Positions 49,113-57,717 of a stretch of DNA of 64,000 nucleotides are shown here, one piece after another. This DNA comes from Candidatus Latescibacterota bacterium (GTDB taxonomy: Bacteria > Latescibacterota > UBA2968). Each line of letters starts with the position of its first letter. Position 1 is the first letter of the stretch. Where the stretch lies: NCBI GenBank assembly GCA_965204375.1, contig OZ241986.1:3008001-3072000 (forward strand). Direction: 5' to 3'. A program made the position numbers and the translations under genes. The notes beneath the pieces were generated by a model. The model saw only the letters and a list, made by a program, of their open reading frames with translations. It did no database searches and was not told where the DNA came from.

Positions 49113-49128
49113 TGGCACGGATCTTGCA
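49113..49128 (+). promoter_or_regulatory. Sigma54 (-24/-12) promoter
   Basis: TGGCACGGATCTTGCA matches consensus TGGCACG-N4-TTGC with GG-N10-GC spacing. Confidence 0.9.
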
Positions 49129-49182
49129 CTATAAAAAGGACAAATCGTTATGGCACAGAATTTTCCATTAAAGGAGGATAAC

Positions 49183-49362
49183 ATGGCAACACGACGCAAG
49201 TTGACTTTGATCAATGGGACGATAGATCAAGAAGGTAGCATCCTTATGTATCAGACTGTGGATAGTTTTGAAATTGGGAGCTGTGAACCTGGTTGGGTAA
49301 CCGTTCCCCCCCTGCCCTTTCCAGATGATGACGATTGGGACGATTTTGAACAGGCTGAGTGA
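49183..49362 (+). CDS. Putative RiPP precursor peptide (59 aa, single Cys)
   Basis: AAGGAGGA RBS; MATRRKLTLINGTIDQEGSILMYQTVDSFEIGSCEPGWVTVPPLPFPDDDDWDDFEQAE; lies between the sigma54 promoter and the RRE-rSAM gene. Confidence 0.8.
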   Translation: MATRRKLTLINGTIDQEGSILMYQTVDSFEIGSCEPGWVTVPPLPFPDDDDWDDFEQAE

Positions 49363-49383
49363 TTTACTTTTAGGGAGTGTGCT

Positions 49384-50814
49384 ATGCTATGCATTCAGAA
49401 ATGTGACATGCATCTTTTTCAAACTGAAGAGCAAAAACAGCCTGTTGCCTATCAGGTTGAGACGGGTCTGTTTTTTGAACTGGACCCCCTTTTCAAATCA
49501 ATTTTAGAATGTTGCGAGGGCTTGTCTGCTTCACAGGTTGTCCAGATGCTGGTCGGCCAATACGAGGCAGAAGAAGTTGTCGAAGCCATCGAGGAACTGG
49601 CTCAGGTGGGGTTGATTTCAGATGGTGCACTACCTGTAGTGCCCAATGTGCCGACGACAGAAGGGGTGGCAGCCTGTGGCGTATCGCAGACAGACCGTTT
49701 GCAGGTGTCGTTGCACGTTTCGCATACGTGCAATATTCAGTGTGCTTATTGCTTTGCCCACGGTGGGGATTACGGCGGCAAGGCCATGCTGATGCAACCC
49801 GATGTTGCCAAGCAAGCTATTCGATGGATCATCACCGAGGCTCAGGTGTTCGGGCGTTGCCAGATTGATTTTTTTGGCGGGGAGCCGCTTTTGAACTTTC
49901 CACTGTTGCAGAAGCTCGTTCCGTTTGCCAGGTCTCTGGGAGCGCGATTAGGTGTGCAGGTGGGATTTGGCATTGTGACCAATGGCACGTTGTTGACCGA
50001 AGAGATGAAGCAGTTTTTGGTTGATGAAAAGTTTCAGATTAAGGTCAGCCTGGATGGTGGGCGTAAAACACAGGACCGGATTCGCAAGTTTCACAATGGT
50101 TCTGGTACTTATGATGTTGTGGCAAAAAATGTGAAAAAGCTGACTGCTGAGGCACCTGAGCGCGTGTATTTGCAAGCCATTATGACCGCGTATGATATGG
50201 ATGAAGATCGGATTGCCGATGAGTTGCGTTCTCTGGGTAGTGAAAATGCGCTCATCGGTCCCGCTGTTGTCTCCCCGGATGCGCCTTATGCCATTCGAGA
50301 AGAACACCTGCCCGTTTTGAAGCAACAGATTTACAAGCGGAGCAGGCGTGCGCTCAAAGCCATTTTAAACGGTGAAGAGAGTGAGGAGTTTGATCCGAGG
50401 ATTCAAAAATTGCTGACGCGCCAGAAATCGTGTCACGGGTGTCTCGGCGGTAAGCAGTATCTGGCTGTTGCAGCAGACGGGTCGATTTATTTTTGCTCGA
50501 GTTTGGCCGATGCACCCGAGTTTAAGATGGGTGATGTGTTTGCGGGTATTGACCGCGAAAAGCAGCAGCATTTTGACACTCAGTTCAATGTGAATAATCG
50601 TCCTGAGTGCAAAACCTGCTGGGCGTGCAACTTGTGTGGTGGCGGATGTCTTTGGGATGCGCGCACGACGACGGGTGATCCGATGTATCCCAACCCGGTT
50701 GCTTGTGAACAGACGCGCTATCGCTATGAACTGGCGATGGAGATGTGTATGGAAATTGCAGAAGTGGATGCGTCTTTGTTGCAGCGACGATATGATCTGG
50801 AAGTGGTATCATAA
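49384..50814 (+). CDS. Radical SAM/SPASM peptide maturase with N-terminal RRE (PapB/QhpD/CteB-like)
   Basis: PqqD-like N-terminus; CNIQCAYC; FFGGEPLLN; VSLDG; SPASM C...C...CKTCWACNLCGGGC...C. Confidence 0.92.
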   Translation: MLCIQKCDMHLFQTEEQKQPVAYQVETGLFFELDPLFKSILECCEGLSASQVVQMLVGQYEAEEVVEAIEELAQVGLISDGALPVVPNVPTTEGVAACGVSQTDRLQVSLHVSHTCNIQCAYCFAHGGDYGGKAMLMQPDVAKQAIRWIITEAQVFGRCQIDFFGGEPLLNFPLLQKLVPFARSLGARLGVQVGFGIVTNGTLLTEEMKQFLVDEKFQIKVSLDGGRKTQDRIRKFHNGSGTYDVVAKNVKKLTAEAPERVYLQAIMTAYDMDEDRIADELRSLGSENALIGPAVVSPDAPYAIREEHLPVLKQQIYKRSRRALKAILNGEESEEFDPRIQKLLTRQKSCHGCLGGKQYLAVAADGSIYFCSSLADAPEFKMGDVFAGIDREKQQHFDTQFNVNNRPECKTCWACNLCGGGCLWDARTTTGDPMYPNPVACEQTRYRYELAMEMCMEIAEVDASLLQRRYDLEVVS

Positions 50815-50848
50815 GCAAAGAAGTTCTGATGAAAAACTGGTATCCAAT

Positions 50849-50900
50849 ACGGCATCCAAATGGGGATGATAACGCCCTGTTAGATGCCGTTTATTTTGTT
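50849..50900 (+). terminator. Long imperfect hairpin/terminator after the rSAM gene
   Basis: ACGGCATCCAAA-TGGG...CCC-TG-TTTAGATGCCGT followed by TTATTTTGTT. Confidence 0.65.
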
Positions 50901-50933
50901 TCTTTAGGTGGGAGTCTCGACAGATTGTGAGTG

Positions 50934-51926
50934 ATGGGAGAAATATATCAATCAAAAAAATCCGGCCTCAATAAATGGTCGCTCATTGGACAGCATTCCT
51001 CACTCTTAGACGTGCAAAAGCGCGCGTACCGCGTGGCGAATAGCGAATTGCCCGTCAACATCAGTGGAGAAACTGGCACGGGCAAAGAATTACTCGCCCG
51101 TTATATCCACGAAATGAGTCACCGCAACAGGGGACCCTTTGTAACCGTTGACTGTGGCGTACTCTCTTCTGAAATGTCTCGCAGCGAGTTATTTGGACAT
51201 ATTCGAGGTGCTTTCACCGGCGCCAGCGAAACGCGCACCGGACTGGTTGAATCTGCCCAGGGCGGCACACTATTCCTCGATGAAGTAGGCGAATTGCCCT
51301 CCAACCTCCAGTTGCAATTGCTACGCCTGGTACAGGAACAGGAATTTCGCCGGGTAGGCGAAGCATCCATGCGCCGGTCCGACGTGCGCTTAATCACTGC
51401 GACACACTGCAACTTGCGAAAAATGGTGCGAAAAGGAACATTTCGAGAAGACCTCTATTACCGCTTAAGTGTCGTACCTCTAAAATTGCCACCCCTGCGG
51501 AAGCGACTGAGCGATTTACCGCTTTTAGTCGCGCATTTTTGCCAGGAAATGAAAGGATACAATCGCGCGTTTTCCCCCGAAGTGATTCAAAGGATGTCGC
51601 GTTATGCCTGGCCTGGCAATGTTCGGGAACTACAACACGAAGTCGCCCGATTGATGGTCATGGCCGAAGGTAAAATTATCCGCGTATCCGACCTGCGCCC
51701 TCGCATTCGAGGAGCAAAAGCCGAGGTTGATGTATTTGACCTGCCGTTCAAAGAAGCCAGACAACTCGCGAACAGCCGGTTTATGCGAGAGTATCTCGAC
51801 AGAGCTTTGCAGCGAACACAGGGCAATGTAACCCAGGCAGCGCAACAATGCGGAATTGGCCGACAGTATTTCCAATTGCGTATGTCCGAACACGGGCTAA
51901 AGTCGGCATATTACAAGAAAAAATAA
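50934..51926 (+). CDS. Sigma54-dependent activator lacking a sensory domain (AAA+ and HTH only)
   Basis: GETGTGKE about 45 aa from the start, GAFTGA, FLDEV, FREDLYYRL, WPGNVREL, GNVTQAAQQCGIGR. Confidence 0.92.
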   Translation: MGEIYQSKKSGLNKWSLIGQHSSLLDVQKRAYRVANSELPVNISGETGTGKELLARYIHEMSHRNRGPFVTVDCGVLSSEMSRSELFGHIRGAFTGASETRTGLVESAQGGTLFLDEVGELPSNLQLQLLRLVQEQEFRRVGEASMRRSDVRLITATHCNLRKMVRKGTFREDLYYRLSVVPLKLPPLRKRLSDLPLLVAHFCQEMKGYNRAFSPEVIQRMSRYAWPGNVRELQHEVARLMVMAEGKIIRVSDLRPRIRGAKAEVDVFDLPFKEARQLANSRFMREYLDRALQRTQGNVTQAAQQCGIGRQYFQLRMSEHGLKSAYYKKK

Positions 51927-51954
51927 CACCTCTCCCATCAGGTGTTAAACGATA

Positions 51955-51988
51955 AAAAACGTCAATGGGTTTTTCCATTGACGTTTTT
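51955..51988. terminator. Intrinsic terminator
   Basis: AAAAACGTCAATGG-6-CCATTGACGTTTTT. Confidence 0.85.
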
Positions 51989-52015
51989 CCTTGCAGGGTG
52001 TTTCTTGAGCGTATC

Positions 52016-55000
52016 ATGCAATACATCGCCGACATACACCTGCACTCGCGCTTTGCCCGCGCAACCAGCAAAACCCTGAACCCCGAAAACCTGTATCGGT
52101 GGAGCCTCATCAAAGGTCTGACCGTGGTGGGCACCGGAGACTTCACCCATCCGGTATGGTTTGAAGAATTGCGCGATCAACTCGAACCCGCCGAAGAAGG
52201 GTTATATCAATTGCGCCCAGACCTCAGGCGAGGCATAGACGCCGAGTTGCCACAAGCCTGCCGAGGACAAATGCGATTTGTGCTCTCGGTCGAAATCAGT
52301 CTCATCTACAAAAAAAACGACAAAACCAGAAAAATACATCACGTCGTCACAATGCCGAGTTTTGACGCTGCGGCGCGTTTAAATGCGCGACTCGGCGCAA
52401 TAGGCAACCTGAAATCCGATGGACGCCCCATTCTTGGCCTGGACAGCCGGGACCTGGTAGAAATTTGTCTGGAAGCGTGTGACGAGGTACTCTTCATACC
52501 CGCCCACATCTGGACCCCTCATTTTGCGGTCCTGGGCGCGAGTTCCGGATTTGACACCCTCGAAGAATGTTTTGAAGACATGCTCCCCCACATCTTCGCC
52601 GTAGAAACCGGCCTGTCCTCCGACCCGCCGATGAACTGGCGCCTATCCATGCTGGACAACTACGCAATCGTCTCCAATTCAGACGCCCACTCCCCGCAAA
52701 AACTCGCCCGAGAAGCCACCTGCTTTAACACAGAATTATCATTCCGCGGGATGTACGACGCATTAAAAGACCGCGACCCAACGCGCTTCACGGGCACCCT
52801 GGAATTTTATCCCGAAGAAGGCAAATATCACTTTGACGGACACAGAAAATGCGATATATGCTGGAAACCCGTACAAACCCTCGACGCAAACGAAATCTGC
52901 CCGGTATGCGGCCGCAAATTGACCGTTGGCGTACTCCACCGCGTTGAAAAACTCGCAGACCGCGCAGAAGGCGACCGCCCCGACGTGGCGATGCCCTTTG
53001 AAAATCTGATCCCACTATCGGAAATCATCGGCTCAGTCCTCCAGGTGGGACCCACCAGCAAGCGCGTACAAACCGTGTACGAGCAAATGCTATCAACACA
53101 CGGGGCAGAATTGAAAATCCTGCGCGAACTGCCCATCGAAGAAATCGCAAAAACCGGAGACCCCCTCATCGCCGAAGGCATCCGACGCATGCGCGAAGGA
53201 GAAGTTCACATAGACCCGGGATACGACGGCGTGTACGGAAAAATTCAAGTCTTCTCCGACGAAGACCGCGCACGTCTGAGCGGACAGGAATCGCTATTTA
53301 ACATACCAGCCGAGGAGCCTTCGAAAGAGAAAGCAGAGAACGCGAGCCTGGACAAGAACACAGAAAACTCAATAGCCAAAGATCCTCCCTTCACACTTCC
53401 CACTTCTCACTTCACACTTCTCACTTCCCACCAGCAAGCAGCCGTAACAATGGAAAAAGGTCCCGTCATCGTAACAGCGGGACCCGGCACAGGAAAAACG
53501 CGGGTACTCACCCATCGCGTAATCGACCTGATCCAGAACCGCGGCGTATCGCCAGCTTCTGTGATGGCCGTAACATTTACCAATCGCGCCGCAACTGAAA
53601 TGTGGGAGCGCATTGTATCACTATCCTCGGGAGGAGAAGAACTCGTCCCAATGCGCGTGGGCACATTCCACCGCCTATCACTGGACCTCCTGCGAGAATA
53701 CGCCCCCGAGCGATTGGGCGCAATAGCCGACCGAGGAGAAGCCCGTGCCGTCTTACAGGAAGCAATCGCCGACATCGACACCGAAATATCGGTCGATGAC
53801 GCGCTCTCCCAGATCTCGCTATGCAAAGCCCAGGGACATGAAACACCCGACATCACCGACACCGAACTCCAAACCATTTACACAAATTATCAACATCGCC
53901 TGACCGCTTATGACCTCATGGACTTTGACGACATCTTGCTCATCCTCCACGACGTGCTCTGCGGCGACATTTTACAAACAGTCCAGGCGCGTTTTTCCCA
54001 TATACTCGTCGATGAATTTCAGGATGTCAACGCCGTACAGTACGCACTAATTCAAAAATTAGCTGGGGATGGCTCGGGCCTCTTTGTCATCGGCGACCCC
54101 GATCAAGCCATCTACGGTTTTCGGGGCGCGAGCGCGGGATATTTTACACAATTAAAAGCGGACTTTCCCCACGCGAACGAAGTAATCCTACAACAATCAT
54201 ATCGCTCCACCCCACAGATCATTTCCGCAGCATCCAGCCTGCTTCGCGGGCGATCGTACGTCCCCGTAAGAGAAAACGGTCCTAAACTGAGCGCCTTATC
54301 CACACCGGGCGAAACCGGCGAAGGCATCGCCATCGTAGAAGAAATCTCCCGAATGGTTGGCGGCGCAGATTTATTGCAAGCCAACGAAGAAGGCAAACGC
54401 AGCCTGGACGACTTCGCCGTCTTATTCCGCACCGGACGCCAGGCAGACGCCCTGGAAGCGTGCTTCTTACAGGCGGGGATTCCCTACCGCGTCGTCGGGC
54501 AGAAAAATTATCTGGACGCGGCCTCAGTACAGCATGCACTATCGTTTTTTAAGTGCATCCTGCGGGATGACATTTCCAGCACCCCAACCACCAGAGATAT
54601 AACCGACCTCCTCTCCATCCCCGCATTTGACCCCGGACGGGAAGCGCGCGCATCAATACGCCAGCAAATTCAAAACAACGCGCTATCGGACGCTGTGCAG
54701 GAAAAATGGGACGCCGCGATGGAAGCTGTAGATCGCTTCCGCGATGAAACATCTCACCTATCGCCTTCCGAACGCATAGCAAAATGGACAGAAGAATTTG
54801 CGACATCAGACGATATCGACCTTGAGCGATTGAGCCTATTGGCTCAGGGCGTGGATACCATCGCAGAGCTATTGGACATCATCACCCTGGGACAGGATGG
54901 CGATTTCGTACGTCGTGGAAAAATTGCGCGTCCCGAAGCCGTCACACTCATGACCTTGCATGCGTCCAAGGGCCTGGAATTCCCCGTGGTATTTATCTGT

Positions 55001-55249
55001 GGGGTTGAGGAAGGATTGATCCCGCACGCCGAAGCGGATATCGAAGAAGAGAAGCGCCTATTTTTTGTCGGCATAACCCGCGGACAAGACGAAGTGATCT
55101 TGACCCGCGCCCGAAGCCGCAGGCGATTTGGCGAACGCATCGCACCCGAAATATCGCGCTTTGTAGCCGATATCCCCGAAGACGTCATCGACTTTGTCGA
55201 TCTGCGAACTGAAAGACGCAAACCCGCCGAACAACTATCCCTATTTTAA
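52016..55249 (+). CDS. Endonuclease Q (PHP-fold) fused to UvrD/PcrA helicase
   Basis: ADIHLHSRF, GTGDFTHP, PAHIWTP, ETGLSSD, SNSDAHS, GKYHFDGHRKC...CPVC; then AGPGTGKT, VDEFQD, GDPDQAIYGFRGA, TLHASKGLEF. Confidence 0.93.
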   Translation: MQYIADIHLHSRFARATSKTLNPENLYRWSLIKGLTVVGTGDFTHPVWFEELRDQLEPAEEGLYQLRPDLRRGIDAELPQACRGQMRFVLSVEISLIYKKNDKTRKIHHVVTMPSFDAAARLNARLGAIGNLKSDGRPILGLDSRDLVEICLEACDEVLFIPAHIWTPHFAVLGASSGFDTLEECFEDMLPHIFAVETGLSSDPPMNWRLSMLDNYAIVSNSDAHSPQKLAREATCFNTELSFRGMYDALKDRDPTRFTGTLEFYPEEGKYHFDGHRKCDICWKPVQTLDANEICPVCGRKLTVGVLHRVEKLADRAEGDRPDVAMPFENLIPLSEIIGSVLQVGPTSKRVQTVYEQMLSTHGAELKILRELPIEEIAKTGDPLIAEGIRRMREGEVHIDPGYDGVYGKIQVFSDEDRARLSGQESLFNIPAEEPSKEKAENASLDKNTENSIAKDPPFTLPTSHFTLLTSHQQAAVTMEKGPVIVTAGPGTGKTRVLTHRVIDLIQNRGVSPASVMAVTFTNRAATEMWERIVSLSSGGEELVPMRVGTFHRLSLDLLREYAPERLGAIADRGEARAVLQEAIADIDTEISVDDALSQISLCKAQGHETPDITDTELQTIYTNYQHRLTAYDLMDFDDILLILHDVLCGDILQTVQARFSHILVDEFQDVNAVQYALIQKLAGDGSGLFVIGDPDQAIYGFRGASAGYFTQLKADFPHANEVILQQSYRSTPQIISAASSLLRGRSYVPVRENGPKLSALSTPGETGEGIAIVEEISRMVGGADLLQANEEGKRSLDDFAVLFRTGRQADALEACFLQAGIPYRVVGQKNYLDAASVQHALSFFKCILRDDISSTPTTRDITDLLSIPAFDPGREARASIRQQIQNNALSDAVQEKWDAAMEAVDRFRDETSHLSPSERIAKWTEEFATSDDIDLERLSLLAQGVDTIAELLDIITLGQDGDFVRRGKIARPEAVTLMTLHASKGLEFPVVFICGVEEGLIPHAEADIEEEKRLFFVGITRGQDEVILTRARSRRRFGERIAPEISRFVADIPEDVIDFVDLRTERRKPAEQLSLF
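53389..53430 (+). repeat. Heptamer tandem repeat (CTTCNCA)x6 in the interdomain linker
   Basis: CTTCACA CTTCCCA CTTCTCA CTTCACA CTTCTCA CTTCCCA, 42 bp. Confidence 0.9.
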
Positions 55250-56551
55250 AATATCGAGCATCTCGTGTACGGCGTTGTGAATGCGGTCTTCTGTATCTTC
55301 AACAAATGGACCCGTGCGTTTCCAGTGTTGCTGATTGAACCAGACCTCGTAGCCCCCTTCTGGAATCTGCCGTTTAACGGGAATATAACCGACAATATCA
55401 TTTGTATAAGCCGCCACCAGAAGATTGTCAAAAAAAGGCGCCAGTTCTCTCTTCAAACGCAACCCGTGCTCCACATTCATCTCCGCGGCAAGCCCAACAA
55501 TAGCCAGCGCATTTCCAAAACGCACCGTCTGGATCTCAAACGGAAAACTGGTCGCAACGGGAATATTGTTTTCAACGCTCTCGAACAAATGTTGCGCCCA
55601 TGCCCGCACATATTCCGAACCGGCGTCCAGGCTGGACGTGACGAGATCCATATCAATGGGTTCGGTCTCTATATTCAGAATCGTCTGCGCAATAGAAATC
55701 GGACCGCTTATGGGCTGCAGGTCTTGCGAAGCGAGTACCCGGGTAACGGATTCCCCCAATTCGACGCCAATATCGCGGATCTCATCCACCTCCCGCTGAA
55801 CAAAAACATTTGACATCGGATCGACGGGCTTCGTCTTCTGATCTCCGGCACAACCCTGCAAAAAACAAGTCGCGGTATCGGGATACACCGCTTCGATATG
55901 GTCATAAGCAAAACACACGTAATCCCCCCCAATAAGTGTCCCACTGCGGCTGGTAGGGTGACAGGCATAGCTGAAAATAACACACCGCACCTCGCCTTCT
56001 GGAGATTCAACTGCAATAACCGGAACATCGTGGTCGTGAGGCACTTCCAAAGAGGGCACCCACTCCACACCGCCTTTCCCATCTGGCTTGCGACGGGACC
56101 TCGCGATATCACAACTCCCCGTACCAAAACCAAGGCGTGCGGGAGACCGATCTTCCCAGGCTGTTTTTGCACACTTTGCGACATTTTCAAAAAGATCTTC
56201 GAGATAATCGTCATCCAGTTCCCCGTGCCGCTCCCTGTCCATCTCCCGGATACAGGGACCACAATGCGTATGCGAACCATTGAGAATAACATGCGCCGGA
56301 TCAATACCCGTAGCCGCGTTAATTCTGCTTCTCACCTCTTCCGTCTGCTCGTAAAAACCCAGAATCTCGGCACCGACAATAAGCAACGGCGTCTCACCAT
56401 CGTCTATCGCAACCGCGGTAGCCTTTAAAGGATGATAAACTTCAGTAGAAGGCTCCTGCCGCGCCGCGAACCCGGCCAAAAAAATCCCCACGGGCGGGGT
56501 AATATCGACCGTGCCGACGCCGACTTGATAGGTATGATTGGAAGATGACAT
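55241..56551 (-). CDS. Neutral/alkaline ceramidase-like hydrolase
   Basis: DITPP, SHTHCGP, YACHPT, FLQGCAGD, GYIP...EGGYE. Confidence 0.85.
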   Translation of the reverse strand: MSSSNHTYQVGVGTVDITPPVGIFLAGFAARQEPSTEVYHPLKATAVAIDDGETPLLIVGAEILGFYEQTEEVRSRINAATGIDPAHVILNGSHTHCGPCIREMDRERHGELDDDYLEDLFENVAKCAKTAWEDRSPARLGFGTGSCDIARSRRKPDGKGGVEWVPSLEVPHDHDVPVIAVESPEGEVRCVIFSYACHPTSRSGTLIGGDYVCFAYDHIEAVYPDTATCFLQGCAGDQKTKPVDPMSNVFVQREVDEIRDIGVELGESVTRVLASQDLQPISGPISIAQTILNIETEPIDMDLVTSSLDAGSEYVRAWAQHLFESVENNIPVATSFPFEIQTVRFGNALAIVGLAAEMNVEHGLRLKRELAPFFDNLLVAAYTNDIVGYIPVKRQIPEGGYEVWFNQQHWKRTGPFVEDTEDRIHNAVHEMLDILK

Positions 56552-56563
56552 AACATATATTCC

Positions 56564-57697
56564 TCATAAGAATCGCGTGATCTGATATGCATCAATCTCT
56601 GTCGCAAGATCTTTCCCCAGAACCAGATCCGCGATCAGTTTACCGCTATAAGGACCGAGTTGCAAGCCCGTGGGACCGTGCCCGGTCGCGAGATAAATAT
56701 TTCGAATATTGGGAACAGGCCCCAGCACTGGCAAATGGTCCTCCGTGTAAGGACGCAGCCCAACCCGAATCTCGCGCACCTCTGCCTGCGCCAGACCGGG
56801 CGCAACCCGCAGAGCCTCTGCGAGAACCTCGAGTACCCCTGCAGCAGTAGTGCGCGCCCCAAAACCCGATCCCGTCTCCCGCGTTGCCCCCACAACCACG
56901 CGACCATCCGGCCAGGGAACCATATAGTGACCGCGTATCGCGCTAATAATGGGCCAAGACGACGTATCCGTATCCCCCAGACCCAGATGGATAATCTGAC
57001 CGCGCTGAGGCTCAACAGGAATATGAACGCCAAGCTGATCCCCAAATGCCTGCGACCAGGCCCCACCCGCGATAACAACCTTACCGGCAGAGATCGTTTC
57101 CCCATCTGTAATAACGCCCGTAACCGAATTATTCTGAATACACAACTGATCAACCCCAGCGTATTTAACCGCAAGCCCCTTCGCCTCCGCGGCTCGATGC
57201 AGAGCAGCCGACAGAAGCCGACCATCCACGCGGGCGGCATCGCGGTAGTAAATCGCACCGCGCACATCTCCCAGAGCGGGAAAACGCCTGCGCGCCTCAT
57301 CCGAAGAAATCTCGTACAAATCTTCCTCAGCGGGTTCACCGCGTTGATCCCGGCGATTGAAAATATGTTGCCGCGCAATAGCAAAGGACTCTATCTCATC
57401 ATAAGAAACAGCGACGAGCATCATCCCACAAGTTGCAAAACCCGTCTCTCCATCCTGTTCCGCTTGCAAATTATCCACCAATTGTGGGTAATATTCGGAA
57501 GCAAACGCAGCCAAACGCAACCAGGGATCCGGATCGCGGGTATTGGTAGCAGGCGAAAGAATACCCGCCCCTGCATCCGTAGCGCGCCCCACATCCCTCC
57601 TGTCAACGAGCAGGGTCTTCGCCCCATCACACACCAGATGATAGGCAGTAGATGTCCCAACAACACCACCGCCGATAACAATAGCGTCATAAGTCAT
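56564..57697 (-). CDS. FAD-dependent oxidoreductase (DAO/glycine oxidase family)
   Basis: IVIGGGVVG, AGAGIL, PQRGQ, GLRP, TGHG. Confidence 0.92.
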   Translation of the reverse strand: MTYDAIVIGGGVVGTSTAYHLVCDGAKTLLVDRRDVGRATDAGAGILSPATNTRDPDPWLRLAAFASEYYPQLVDNLQAEQDGETGFATCGMMLVAVSYDEIESFAIARQHIFNRRDQRGEPAEEDLYEISSDEARRRFPALGDVRGAIYYRDAARVDGRLLSAALHRAAEAKGLAVKYAGVDQLCIQNNSVTGVITDGETISAGKVVIAGGAWSQAFGDQLGVHIPVEPQRGQIIHLGLGDTDTSSWPIISAIRGHYMVPWPDGRVVVGATRETGSGFGARTTAAGVLEVLAEALRVAPGLAQAEVREIRVGLRPYTEDHLPVLGPVPNIRNIYLATGHGPTGLQLGPYSGKLIADLVLGKDLATEIDAYQITRFL

Positions 57698-57717
57698 TTT
57701 TTCATCTCTTTCCGTAA

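Noticed and set aside
49150-49182. Longer 70-aa start for the peptide, and a second sigma54 site TGGCACAGAATTTTC
   Set aside because: The strong AAGGAGGA RBS favours ATG 49183; the second site lacks the -12 GC
49183-50814. Quinohemoprotein amine dehydrogenase (qhpC/qhpD) or SCIFF locus
   Set aside because: The peptide has one Cys, lacks the CTQ-forming PCWW motif and the six-Cys pattern, and no qhpA/qhpB genes are present
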